Assembly (NCBI GenBank): GCA_038211455.1 | Contig: JBBQVP010000001.1 | Coordinates: forward strand, 15,593 to 79,592 | DNA length: 64,000 nucleotides | Source: Burkholderiales bacterium | Lineage (GTDB): Bacteria; Pseudomonadota; Gammaproteobacteria; Burkholderiales; SG8-39 | Reading direction: 5' to 3' | Shown: one piece after another, positions 40,058-51,180 of the stretch | Position numbering within the stretch: the stretch's first letter is position 1 | Layout of the letters: every line of letters begins with the position of its first letter | Position numbers and translations under genes: made by a program | Notes under the pieces: model-generated | Databases searched by the model: none | The model's input: the letters and a program-made list of their open reading frames with translations, nothing else | Told to the model about the DNA's origin: nothing

Positions 40058-40833
40058 CGGTTTTTCCGGTGCGACCATGCCATCATTGCAATGCCGGCGA
40101 TCACCATGGGCGCTGAAAGCCACTGGCCCATGCTCATGCCGAAGGCCAGCAGGCCGAGGAAATCATCCGGCTCGCGCGTGAACTCGCAGGCGAAGCGCGC
40201 CACGCCGTAGCCGATGAGGAACAGGCCCGACACCGCGCCGCGTGGTCGCTCCCGCGATGAGTAGGTCCAGAGCAGGATGAAAAGCAGGATCCCCTCGGCC
40301 ACCATCTCGTAGAGCTGCGAGGGATGGCGCGGCAGCGTGCCGCCGCCGTGGAACACCATGCCCCAGCCGACGTCGGTGGTGCGTCCCCAGAGTTCGCCGT
40401 TGATGAAATTTCCGAGCCGTCCGGCCGCCAGGCCCAGGGGCACCAGGGGGGCGACAAAATCCATCACCGCCAGCCAGTGACGGGAGGTTTTCCTGGAGAA
40501 CCAGGCCATGGCGAGCAGCACACCAAGGAAGCCGCCGTGGAACGACATGCCGCCCTGCCATATGGCGAAGACCTCGAGCGGATGGGAGAGGTAATAGGCT
40601 GGCTTGTAGAACAGCACATAACCGAGGCGGCCGCCGGCGATCACCCCGAGAATGCCGTAGAACAGCATGTCGTCGAACTGAGCCCGCGTGATCGGCGCGC
40701 GTCCCGCGCTGATGCGACGCGTGCCCAGCCACCAGAAGGCACCGAAGGCGGTGAGGTACATCAGGCCGTACCAGCGGATCGCCAGCGGGCCGATGGCGAT
40801 GGCGACGGGATCGAAGTTCGGATGGATCAGCAC
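40054..40833 (-). CDS. lgt: prolipoprotein diacylglyceryl transferase
   Basis: [28 protein letters not shown]...[11 protein letters not shown]...[14 protein letters not shown] is an Lgt signature. Confidence 0.95.
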   Translation of the reverse strand: MLIHPNFDPVAIAIGPLAIRWYGLMYLTAFGAFWWLGTRRISAGRAPITRAQFDDMLFYGILGVIAGGRLGYVLFYKPAYYLSHPLEVFAIWQGGMSFHGGFLGVLLAMAWFSRKTSRHWLAVMDFVAPLVPLGLAAGRLGNFINGELWGRTTDVGWGMVFHGGGTLPRHPSQLYEMVAEGILLFILLWTYSSRERPRGAVSGLFLIGYGVARFACEFTREPDDFLGLLAFGMSMGQWLSAPMVIAGIAMMAWSHRKNR

Positions 40834-40924
40834 AGGGCCTTCAGGGTAATGCCGCCGCGGAGGCGGATCGATACGCCGAGTCTACCAAGCGCGCGATCAC
40901 GCGTTCTCCGGGGCCGTGTCCCGT

Positions 40925-41965
40925 TCAGCCGGCGGTGCGCTGCAGGTCGTAGACCGTGACCGGGTCTTTCACCCCGCGGATGGCGGCTGGACGCCCGGCG
41001 GCAAAATCGAGCCCACGATCACTTATGGCCGCGTCTCGCACCGCCTGCGACACGACGACCGACTGGTTGGCCAGGCCGCAGAGCCGCGCTGCGAGGTTGA
41101 CGGTCTTTCCGATGACGGTGTAGTCGAGGTGCTCGCTGGAACCGAGGTTGCCAATTGTCGCTTCCCCCAGGTGGATGCCGACGCCCAACCGGATTCCGTC
41201 CGGTCCCTTGCCTTCCGCCAGCGAGCGCGCGAGTTCGATGATCTCGAGCGCGCAGCGGCAGCATTTTCCCGCCATGTCCTCGCCGTCGAACACGGCCATG
41301 ATCCCGTCGCCGGAATACTTGTCGATGTACCCGCCGTGCCGGTACACAAGGTCGACCTGGGCGCCTAGGTGCGCGCTGAGGATCTCAAAGACCGTCTCGG
41401 GTTCCAGTCCTTCGCTCAACTCGGTGAAACCACGCGCATCGGAAAACAGCACGCAAACTGACTTCCTTATCGGGGCCGGCAGCGTTCGTGTTGCCGCGTA
41501 GCCGCGCGCGATCTCCTGGGTGCGCGGCGACACGTAGCGCCCGAGGCACAGGCTCATCAGCTCGGCCTGCTCGAGAAGTGCTGCCTTCTGCATCAGGTTG
41601 GCAAGCCGTCGCCGCAGCACCATCGCGTGGAGCGGCTTCTGGATGAAGTCGTCCGCGCCGGCTTCCAGCGCCCATTGCAGGATTTCGCGCTCGTCGATAG
41701 CGGTAACGAAAATGATCGGTGTGGCCCGGTAGCGGGGAATTGCGCGCAATTCGCGGCACAACTCGATCCCACTGACATCCGGCAGCTGGATATCGAGGAG
41801 AAACGCATCGATGACCTGCCCGGCGGCAGTCCTGCGCGCAAGTTCGCCGCTGTCCGCTTCGACGACCCGCATGCCGGCACCCCGGAGCATGTCGGCCGCG
41901 ACCATGCGCGCGACGGAGGTGTCGTCCACGACGAGTACAGCCTTGCCCTTGAGGATGTCTTCCAT
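40925..41965 (-). CDS. response-regulator receiver domain fused to a class III adenylate/guanylate cyclase
   Basis: The REC domain has VLVVDD...[11 protein letters not shown]...DDFIQKP. The cyclase domain has [16 protein letters not shown]...[11 protein letters not shown]...[16 protein letters not shown]...[15 protein letters not shown]. Confidence 0.85.
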   Translation of the reverse strand: MEDILKGKAVLVVDDTSVARMVAADMLRGAGMRVVEADSGELARRTAAGQVIDAFLLDIQLPDVSGIELCRELRAIPRYRATPIIFVTAIDEREILQWALEAGADDFIQKPLHAMVLRRRLANLMQKAALLEQAELMSLCLGRYVSPRTQEIARGYAATRTLPAPIRKSVCVLFSDARGFTELSEGLEPETVFEILSAHLGAQVDLVYRHGGYIDKYSGDGIMAVFDGEDMAGKCCRCALEIIELARSLAEGKGPDGIRLGVGIHLGEATIGNLGSSEHLDYTVIGKTVNLAARLCGLANQSVVVSQAVRDAAISDRGLDFAAGRPAAIRGVKDPVTVYDLQRTAG

Positions 41966-42063
41966 TGGCTTTCCGGCTCAGAAAACCATATTACGCTGGA
42001 ATCCGGGCACCGCTTGGTATCATCGGCACCGAGCGAGAAAAATGCCCTACATCGGAGGAAATA

Positions 42064-43752
42064 ATGGCTGACCAGAAGAACTGGCGTTCGAAATCCATCA
42101 CCGGCGGCGTGGCGCGCGCCCCCAACCGCGCGATGCTGCGCGCGGTTGGGTTCAAGGACGGGGATTTCGTAAAACCCATCGTCGGCGTGGCCAACGGCCA
42201 TTCGACCATGAACCCGTGCAACGCCGGCATCCAGCCCCTGGTCGACCGCGCGATCGCCGCGCTGGAGCGCTCGGGCGCCAAGCCGCAAATGTTCGGCGTG
42301 CCGACAATCACCGACGGTATCGGCATGGGCACCGAGGCGATGAAGTATTCGCTGGTGTCGCGCGAGGTGATCGCGGACGCCATCGAGACTTCCGTCAACG
42401 GCCAGGCCATGGACGGCGCGCTGGTGGTTGGCGGTTGCGACAAGAACATGCCCGGCGGGATGATGGCGATCGCGCGCATGAACGTGCCCGCCATCTATGT
42501 TTACGCGGGCACGATCAAGCCAGGCAAGTGGAAGGGCGTCGACCTGACCGTGGTCTCGGTGTTCGAGGCAGTCGGGGCCTATTCCGCCGGGAAAATGTCC
42601 AAGCAGGACTACGACGGCATTGAGCGCAACGCCTGCCCTTCGGTCGGCGCCTGCGGCGGAATGTTCACCGCGAATACGATGTCCTCGTCCTTCGAGGCCC
42701 TGGGCATGAGCCTGATGGGTTCTTCGCAGATGGCCTCGCCGGATGCGGAGAAGGCCGATTCAGCCGCGGAGTCGGCGAAAGTCCTGGTCAACGCGATCAA
42801 GCAGAACCTGCGTCCGCGCAAGATCATCACCCGCAAGTCAATCGAAAACGCCATCGCGCTGGTCATGGCCACCGGCGGCTCGACCAACGCGGTGCTGCAG
42901 TACCTCGCGATCGCCGCCGCAGCTGAAGTGAAGTGGACGATCGACGACTTCGAGCGCGTGCGGCGCAAGGTGCCTGTCCTGTGCGATCTCAAGCCTTCGG
43001 GGAAGTATGTCGCGGTCGACTTCCACCGCGCCGGCGGCGTGCCGCAGGTACTGAAGATCCTGCTGGCAAACGGATTGCTGCACGGGGACTGCATGACCAT
43101 CACGGGCAAGACCATCGCCGAGGAGTTGCGGAAGGTTCCCGCGCAGCCCCGCAAGGACCAGGACGTCATCCGGCCCTTCAATAAGCCGCTCTACAAGCAG
43201 GGCCACCTCGCGATCCTCAAGGGCAACCTCGCGACCGAAGGCTGCGTGGCGAAGATCACCGGATTGAAGAACCCCTCAATCACCGGCCCGGCGCGCGTGT
43301 TCGATTCCGAGCCCGAGTGCATGAAAGCCATCATGGCCAAGAAGATCAAGGCGGGGGACATTGTGGTGATTCGCTACGAAGGACCCAAGGGCGGCCCAGG
43401 GATGCAGGAAATGTTGGCGCCCACTTCGGCTTTGATCGGTCAAGGGCTTGGTGAGTCGATTGGCCTGTTGACCGACGGCCGGTTCTCCGGGGGGACCTGG
43501 GGGATGGTGGTCGGGCACGTGGCCCCGGAAGCATTCGTCGGTGGCACGATCGCGTTGGTGAAGGAGGGCGATTCGATCACCATCGATGCCAGGAAGCAGC
43601 TGATCCAGCTCAATGTGTCGGCGCGGGAAATTGCCGCCCGCCGCAAGAAATGGAAGCAGCCCAAGCCGCGCTACACGCGTGGCCTGCTCGGCAAGTACGT
43701 CAAGCTGGTTTCAACCGCGAGCAAGGGCGCGATCACCGATCACGACGACTAG
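42064..43752 (+). CDS. ilvD: dihydroxy-acid dehydratase
   Basis: [23 protein letters not shown]...CDKNMPG...[15 protein letters not shown]...TDGRFSGGT are IlvD motifs. ATG at 42064. Confidence 0.95.
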   Translation: MADQKNWRSKSITGGVARAPNRAMLRAVGFKDGDFVKPIVGVANGHSTMNPCNAGIQPLVDRAIAALERSGAKPQMFGVPTITDGIGMGTEAMKYSLVSREVIADAIETSVNGQAMDGALVVGGCDKNMPGGMMAIARMNVPAIYVYAGTIKPGKWKGVDLTVVSVFEAVGAYSAGKMSKQDYDGIERNACPSVGACGGMFTANTMSSSFEALGMSLMGSSQMASPDAEKADSAAESAKVLVNAIKQNLRPRKIITRKSIENAIALVMATGGSTNAVLQYLAIAAAAEVKWTIDDFERVRRKVPVLCDLKPSGKYVAVDFHRAGGVPQVLKILLANGLLHGDCMTITGKTIAEELRKVPAQPRKDQDVIRPFNKPLYKQGHLAILKGNLATEGCVAKITGLKNPSITGPARVFDSEPECMKAIMAKKIKAGDIVVIRYEGPKGGPGMQEMLAPTSALIGQGLGESIGLLTDGRFSGGTWGMVVGHVAPEAFVGGTIALVKEGDSITIDARKQLIQLNVSAREIAARRKKWKQPKPRYTRGLLGKYVKLVSTASKGAITDHDD

Positions 43753-43756
43753 GGAG

Positions 43757-43820
43757 GGGAGGGGCGCAGCCCCTCTTCTCGGCTGGGGAGGTCTGAGGAG
43801 GGGCACAGCCCCTCTTCTCG
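43757..43820. repeat. two tandem GC-rich hairpin units (REP-like / bidirectional terminator) between convergent ilvD and the DUF924 gene
   Basis: GAGGGGC-GCA-GCCCCTC-TTCTCG and GGGGAGGTCTGAGGAGGGGC-ACA-GCCCCTC-TTCTCG. A related copy lies at 48335-48371. Confidence 0.6.
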
Positions 43821-43821
43821 T

Positions 43822-44385
43822 CTAGAATCCGGAGCCCGGCTGCTTCAGGAATTCGGCTTCTTCGGCTGTGTTAGCGCGACCCAGAATGGCGTTGCGATGC
43901 GGGAAGCGTCCGAAGCGCTTCACGATTTCCCAGTGGCGGCGCGCGTAGTCGGGCAGGTCGGCGGTCTCGGGGAATCCACCGAGGGTGGCGAAGAGTTGCA
44001 GGGATATTTCCTGGTCCTCCACCACCTCGCTGTGCTCGTAGGGAAGGTAGACGAACATCCGCTCGACGGGCGAAAGCTGCGTGTCCCAGCCTGAGGCGAC
44101 GACGCGTTTCGCGCTTTCCAGCGCGAGCGGATCGGTGGCGAACGCCTGCGCGGTGCCGCGGAACATGTTGCGCGGCAGCTGGTCGGTCAGCACGATCAAC
44201 GCGAGCGCTCCGCGCGCATCCCCTGACCATGCCGCGAGTGTCCCCGCCGCTGCAGCGGTGTATGCGCGAAGGAACCTTGCGCGCAGCGTGGCGTCGAACG
44301 ACGGATCTTTTTCGAACCACATCCTGCGGCGCATGCCCGGTGAGTCACCGAGCCAGAATCTGAGGACTTCGCGTGCTTCGGTCAT
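43822..44385 (-). CDS. DUF924 family protein
   Basis: VLRFWLG...[15 protein letters not shown]...[13 protein letters not shown]...[14 protein letters not shown] are DUF924 hallmarks. Confidence 0.85.
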   Translation of the reverse strand: MTEAREVLRFWLGDSPGMRRRMWFEKDPSFDATLRARFLRAYTAAAAGTLAAWSGDARGALALIVLTDQLPRNMFRGTAQAFATDPLALESAKRVVASGWDTQLSPVERMFVYLPYEHSEVVEDQEISLQLFATLGGFPETADLPDYARRHWEIVKRFGRFPHRNAILGRANTAEEAEFLKQPGSGF

Positions 44386-44444
44386 GGCGGATAATCCCGG
44401 GCTCGTTCAACTGCAACCAATGGCGCTGCCAGATTCTAAACCCC

Positions 44445-46466
<2,022 letters not shown>

Positions 46467-46530
46467 ATTACGCGCCGCATCGCTCTGCGCACCAAAACAG
46501 AACGAATTCGCCATTGCCCAAGGAGTACGA

Positions 46531-46842
46531 ATGAAACTCGCCACGATCGCCTTTACCCTCGCCGCCGGTGCCGTACTGTCCCTGCCGGCCCAGGCCAATG
46601 AGGCCCTCGCCAAGAAATACATGTGCATGAGCTGCCACATGCTGGACAAGAAGCTCGTGGGTCCGTCGTACCATGACGTTGCGGCCAAGTACAAAGGCGA
46701 CAAGGGCGCCGAGGCCAAGCTGGCCGACAAGGTCAAGAAGGGTGGCGCCGGTGTCTGGGGCCAGATTCCGATGCCGCCGAACGACAAGGTGCCGGACGCC
46801 GACCTGCAAGCACTCGTGAAATGGGTTCTGTCGACGAAATAA
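46531..46842 (+). CDS. small class I c-type cytochrome (c551/c552 type)
   Basis: Signal peptide, CMSCH haem site, and GVWGQIPMPPN (Met ligand region). AGGAG lies 5 nt upstream of the ATG. Confidence 0.85.
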   Translation: MKLATIAFTLAAGAVLSLPAQANEALAKKYMCMSCHMLDKKLVGPSYHDVAAKYKGDKGAEAKLADKVKKGGAGVWGQIPMPPNDKVPDADLQALVKWVLSTK

Positions 46843-46862
46843 GTCGTATCGCTGCATCACGA

Positions 46863-46887
46863 AGCCGGGCCTGTCCCGGCTTTTTTA
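46863..46887 (+). terminator. rho-independent terminator
   Basis: AGCCGGG-CCTGT-CCCGGCT followed by TTTTTTA. Confidence 0.7.
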
Positions 46888-46975
46888 TTGTCTGCCGCAT
46901 TGCTCGCACCGAGGCTGCGCAGCTATCATTCGCTCCTTAAGCGCCTTACGTGTGCCTATCCCCTCCGGAGGTTGT

Positions 46976-48280
46976 ATGCAGTACACCCGATTTGCATTTA
47001 CGCTGATTGCCGCCGCTACCGCACTGGCCTTGACCGGTTGCGGCGAAGAAAAGAAACCCGAACCGGCCAAGCCCGTAGTGCAGGCACCGCCGCCGCCCCC
47101 GCCGTCGGTCGAGATCAAGATCGGCCACGTCGGGCCGCTGACCGGCAGCATCGCGCACCTGGGCAAGGACAACGAGAACGGTGCCCGCATGGCGGTCGAC
47201 GAGGCCAACGCGGCCAAGATCAAGATCGACGGGAAGGACGCGAAATTCGTGTTCGTTCCCGAAGACGACCAGGCCGACCCGAAAGTCGGCACGACGGTTG
47301 CGCAGAAGCTGGTCGACGCGAAGGTAGCAGGCGTGGTTGGCCACCTCAATTCGGGCACCTCGATTCCTGCCTCGGCGATCTACAACCAGGCCGGCATCCC
47401 GGTCATCTCCGGTTCGGCGACCAATCCGAAGCTGACCGAGCAGGGATTCAAGAACCAGTTCCGCGTGGTCGGCCGCGATGACCAGCAGGGCCCGGCGATT
47501 GCGAGCTACCTCGCCGTGAACGCGAAGCCGAAGACCGTCGCCATCATTGACGATGCGACCGCGTATGGCGAGGGACTTGCCAACGAAGTCGAGAAGACCC
47601 TCAAGGAAGCCAAGATCAAGGTGCTGCCGCGCGAGAAAGGCACCGACAAGACGGCCGACTGGAAGGCGGTGCTCACCAAGCTCAAGGGCAAGAAGCCCGA
47701 CGCGATCTTCTACGGCGGCATGGATGCCACCGGCGGCCTGCTGGTCAAGCAGGGCCGAGAGCTGGGCATCAAGGCGGTGTTTGCGTTCGGCGACGGCGCG
47801 TGCACCGAAGAGATGGCCAAGCTTGCAGGCGACGCGGCCGAATGGCTGCTCTGCTCGCAGGCCGGCATCCCGGTCGCCGCTGCAGACAAGAAGTTTCTCG
47901 ACAGCTACAAGGCGAAGTTCAATGTCGTTCCGATCCTCTACTCGCCGTTCACTTACGATGCAGCGAACCTGCTGATCGAAGCGATTAAGAAGGCCAACTC
48001 GCCCGACCCGGCGAAGTACCTGCCCGAACTCGCCAAGATCGAGTACAAGGGCGCGACTGGCACAATCGCGTTCGACGAGAAGGGCGATCGCAAGGACGCC
48101 GAGATGACGATCTTCACGATGAAGGGCGGCAAAATCGAGCCGCTCGCGGTGATCAAGGGTGGCAAGACGATCCCGATCGCCGATTTCATTGCGTCGATGG
48201 CGGCACCTGCGCCAGCGGCTGCGGCACCCGCGGCCGAACCCGCGAAGGAAGCGCCGAAAGAAGAAGCAGCGAAGAAGTAG
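46976..48280 (+). CDS. branched-chain amino acid (LIV/HAAT family) ABC transporter substrate-binding lipoprotein
   Basis: Lipobox ALALTGC. IKIGHVGPLTGSIAHLGKDNENGARMAVDEAN and later motifs are typical of LivJ/K-type receptors. GGAG lies upstream of the ATG at 46976. Confidence 0.9.
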   Translation: MQYTRFAFTLIAAATALALTGCGEEKKPEPAKPVVQAPPPPPPSVEIKIGHVGPLTGSIAHLGKDNENGARMAVDEANAAKIKIDGKDAKFVFVPEDDQADPKVGTTVAQKLVDAKVAGVVGHLNSGTSIPASAIYNQAGIPVISGSATNPKLTEQGFKNQFRVVGRDDQQGPAIASYLAVNAKPKTVAIIDDATAYGEGLANEVEKTLKEAKIKVLPREKGTDKTADWKAVLTKLKGKKPDAIFYGGMDATGGLLVKQGRELGIKAVFAFGDGACTEEMAKLAGDAAEWLLCSQAGIPVAAADKKFLDSYKAKFNVVPILYSPFTYDAANLLIEAIKKANSPDPAKYLPELAKIEYKGATGTIAFDEKGDRKDAEMTIFTMKGGKIEPLAVIKGGKTIPIADFIASMAAPAPAAAAPAAEPAKEAPKEEAAKK

Positions 48281-48302
48281 AGCGGGTTCAAGAGACGTTC
48301 GG

Positions 48303-48330
48303 AAACGGCACCTTCGGGTGCCGTTTTTGT
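48303..48330 (+). terminator. rho-independent terminator or attenuator after the receptor gene
   Basis: AAACGGCACC-TTCG-GGTGCCGTTT followed by TTGTTT. Confidence 0.75.
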
Positions 48331-48334
48331 TTCA

Positions 48335-48371
48335 GGGGGAGGTCTAAGGAGGGGTGCAGCCCCTCTTTTCC
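48335..48371. repeat. GC-rich hairpin unit related to 43785-43820
   Basis: GGGGAGGTCTAAGGAGGGGTGCAGCCCCTCTTTTCC compared with GGGGAGGTCTGAGGAGGGGCACAGCCCCTCTTCTCG: 31 of 36 positions are identical, and the stem is conserved apart from a C-to-T change that makes a G:U pair. Confidence 0.6.
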
Positions 48372-48403
48372 TATTTCTCCTCGTCTTTGCTAGTCTCTCC
48401 CCG

Positions 48404-49327
48404 ATGGACATCTTCATCCAGCAGCTGATCAACGGCCTGACCCTCGGCAGCGTCTACGCGGTGGTCGCGCTCGGCTACACGATGGTGTACGGCATCATCC
48501 AGCTGATCAATTTCGCGCATGGCGAACTGGTGATGATCGGCGCGATGGTCGCCTTCAGCGTCATCGGGGTGCTCGCGCCCTCGGGTCTGCCGCCGCTTGT
48601 GGTGGTGCTGCTCGGCGTGGCCTGCGCGGTGCCCGCGTGCATGCTGATCGGCTACGCCATGGAGCGCCTGGCCTACCGGCCGCTGCGCCGCGCGCCGCGG
48701 CTTGCGCCGCTGATCACTGCAATCGGCGTATCCATCATCCTGCAGCATCTGGCGCTGCTGGTGTGGAGCCGCAACAACCTCGCGTTTCCGCAGATCATCA
48801 AGACGGTGTCCTACCCCGTCGGCGGGGCGACGATCACCAATGTCCAGATCACGATCATGGCGATGTCTCTGGTGATGATGGTCGGCCTGGCGTTGCTGGT
48901 GTATCGCACGCGCCTGGGTACGGCGATGCGCGCAACCGCGCAGAACGCGCAAGTCGCGGGCCTCATGGGGATCGACATCAACCGCATGATCTCCGCCACC
49001 TTCCTGATCGGTGCCGCGCTCGCGGCGGTCGCGGGCGTGATGGTCGGCAGCTACTACGGCATCGCGCACTACCAGATGGGCGCGCTGCTCGGCATGAAGG
49101 CGTTCGCGGCCGCCGTGCTCGGCGGCATTGGCAACCTGCCCGGCGCGATGCTGGGCGGCATCCTGCTTGGCGTGGTCGAGGCGCTCGGCGCAGGCTATAT
49201 AGGGGATTTCACCAACAACGTGTTCGGCAGCAACTACCAGGATGTGTTTGCCTTCATCGTGCTGATTCTGGTCCTCGTGTTCCGGCCCTCGGGACTTCTG
49301 GGCGAGAAAGTGGGCGACCGCGCATGA
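48404..49327 (+). CDS. livH: branched-chain amino acid ABC transporter permease
   Basis: MDIFIQQLINGLTLGSVYAVVALGYTMVYGIIQLINFAHGE is a LivH signature. Confidence 0.9.
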   Translation: MDIFIQQLINGLTLGSVYAVVALGYTMVYGIIQLINFAHGELVMIGAMVAFSVIGVLAPSGLPPLVVVLLGVACAVPACMLIGYAMERLAYRPLRRAPRLAPLITAIGVSIILQHLALLVWSRNNLAFPQIIKTVSYPVGGATITNVQITIMAMSLVMMVGLALLVYRTRLGTAMRATAQNAQVAGLMGIDINRMISATFLIGAALAAVAGVMVGSYYGIAHYQMGALLGMKAFAAAVLGGIGNLPGAMLGGILLGVVEALGAGYIGDFTNNVFGSNYQDVFAFIVLILVLVFRPSGLLGEKVGDRA

Positions 49328-50388
49328 CGCTCGCCCGCCATCCTGCCGCGCGCTGGGCGGGTGTTGCATTGCTCGCCTGCGCGCTGATCGCGCTGCCGTT
49401 CGCTATTTCGCACGCAGGCACCGCCTGGGTCAGGATCACCAATCTCGCAATCCTGTTCACGCTGCTTGCGCTGGGCCTGAACATCGTGGTCGGTTTCGCG
49501 GGCCTGTTGGATCTTGGCTACATCGCCTTCTACGCGGTCGGCGCCTACACCTACGCGCTGCTCGCATCGCCGCACTTCGGCCTGCACCTGCCGTTCTGGA
49601 TGATCCTGCCGGCGAGCGCCGCGGTCGCGGCATTTTTCGGGCTGCTGCTCGGCGCGCCGACGCTGAAGCTGCGCGGCGACTATCTTGCAATCGTCACGCT
49701 CGGTTTCGGCGAGATCGTGCGCATCTTCCTCAACAACCTGTCCCGGCCGGTGAACATCACCAACGGTCCGCAGGGTATAGCGCAGATCGATCCGTTCGCG
49801 ATCGGCCCGGTCAGCTTCGCGAGTAACGAGACGCTGTTGGGCGTGATGATCAGCGGCCCGATGAAGTACTACTGGTTCCTGCTCGTGGTGCTGGTTGCGG
49901 TGATCGCGATCAACCTGCGCCTGCAGAATTCGCGCATCGGGCGCGCCTGGGAGGCGGTGCGCGAAGACGAAACCGCGGCGCGCGCGATGGGCATCGATAC
50001 CACGAAGATCAAGCTGCTCGCGTTTGCGATGGGCGCCTCATTCGGCGGCGTGGCCGGTGGGATGTTTGCCGCGATCCAGGGTTTTATCTCCCCCGAAAGT
50101 TTTGTGCTGGCCGAGTCGATCATGGTGGTGTCGATGGTGGTTCTCGGGGGCATGGGCAACATCTGGGGCGTGATCCTGGGCGCCGTGTTGCTGTCGTTCG
50201 TGCCGGAACTCCTGCGCTATACCGTGGCGCCGCTGCAGAAGGCTGCGTTCGGCCGCATGATCGTGGAACCCGAAGTGCTGCGCATGCTGTTGTTCGGCTT
50301 TGCGCTGGTGCTGGTGATGCTGTTCAGGCCGGCGGGGCTGCTGCCCTCCGCAGTCAGGCAGCGCGAATTGTCGGCACGCGAGCCATGA
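49324..50388 (+). CDS. livM: branched-chain amino acid ABC transporter permease
   Basis: LNIVVGFAGLLDLGYIAFYAVGAY...GDYLAIVTLGFGEIVR. There is an ATGA overlap with livH. The ORF-track 5' extension to 48637 lies inside livH. Confidence 0.9.
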   Translation: MTLARHPAARWAGVALLACALIALPFAISHAGTAWVRITNLAILFTLLALGLNIVVGFAGLLDLGYIAFYAVGAYTYALLASPHFGLHLPFWMILPASAAVAAFFGLLLGAPTLKLRGDYLAIVTLGFGEIVRIFLNNLSRPVNITNGPQGIAQIDPFAIGPVSFASNETLLGVMISGPMKYYWFLLVVLVAVIAINLRLQNSRIGRAWEAVREDETAARAMGIDTTKIKLLAFAMGASFGGVAGGMFAAIQGFISPESFVLAESIMVVSMVVLGGMGNIWGVILGAVLLSFVPELLRYTVAPLQKAAFGRMIVEPEVLRMLLFGFALVLVMLFRPAGLLPSAVRQRELSAREP

Positions 50389-51161
50389 GCAGGGGAGTCG
50401 AAACGCTGGTTGAAGCCGTGGGCGTAGGCAAGCGCTTTGGCGGGGTGCAGGCGCTCCTGGATGTCGACTTCAGGATCGGCAAGGGCGAGATCTACGGGCT
50501 GATCGGGCCGAACGGGGCCGGCAAGACCACGCTGTTCAATCTGATGACCGGGATCTACGTGCCGGATGCCGGGCGGTTCCTGTTCGCGGGGCGCGAGATC
50601 GCCGGCCTCAAGCCGCACCAGATCGCAGCCGCCGGTATTGCGCGCACCTTCCAGAACATCCGGCTGTTTGCAAACCTCTCTGCGCTGGAAAACGTGATGA
50701 TCGGGCGGCATGTGCGCACCCGGGCGGGGGTCATCGGCGCGATCCTGCGCGACCGGCGCACGCGGGCGGAAGAGGCGGCGATCGAGAGTCGCGCCCTGGA
50801 ACTGCTCGAGTATGTCGGGATCGCGGCGCGCGCCAATGACGCGGCCGGCAGCCTGCCTTATGGCGACCAGCGGCGCCTGGAGATCGCGCGGGCGCTGGCC
50901 ACCGATCCACAACTGCTCGCGCTGGACGAGCCCGCGGCGGGAATGAACGCTTCCGAAACGGTGGAGCTCAGGAAACTGCTCGAGCGCATCCGTGCGGACG
51001 GGACGACGATCCTGCTGATCGAGCACGATATGAAGCTGGTGATGAAGGTATGTGACCGGGTTCTCGTACTCGACTATGGCGAGAAAATCGCGGAAGGGAT
51101 TCCAGCCGAGGTGCAGAAGGACCCGAAGGTCATCGAGGCCTATCTGGGCACACCCGCATGA
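50385..51161 (+). CDS. livG: branched-chain amino acid ABC transporter ATP-binding protein
   Basis: GLIGPNGAGKTTLFN Walker A, LPYGDQRRLEIARAL, LLALDEPAAGM. Confidence 0.9.
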   Translation: MSRGVETLVEAVGVGKRFGGVQALLDVDFRIGKGEIYGLIGPNGAGKTTLFNLMTGIYVPDAGRFLFAGREIAGLKPHQIAAAGIARTFQNIRLFANLSALENVMIGRHVRTRAGVIGAILRDRRTRAEEAAIESRALELLEYVGIAARANDAAGSLPYGDQRRLEIARALATDPQLLALDEPAAGMNASETVELRKLLERIRADGTTILLIEHDMKLVMKVCDRVLVLDYGEKIAEGIPAEVQKDPKVIEAYLGTPA

Positions 51162-51180
51162 GCTCTCGGGCGACTCCACG

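Noticed and set aside
43757-43820. Possible miniature CRISPR-like array, because of the tandem repeated hairpins
   Set aside because: There are only two adjacent units with no spacers, no cas genes and no leader. They are treated as a REP-like or terminator element.
48637-49323. 5' extensions of ORF-track entries. Examples are livM from 48637, msrP from 60781, msrQ from 61971, the FAD/Fe-S oxidoreductase from 33825, GntR from 32858, the CoA-transferases from 4021 and 27584, and the reductase to 53276
   Set aside because: The extensions overlap upstream genes in other frames and encode low-complexity Arg/Pro-rich sequence. Conserved N-termini, signal peptides and ATGA/GTGA junctions support the internal starts listed in the features.
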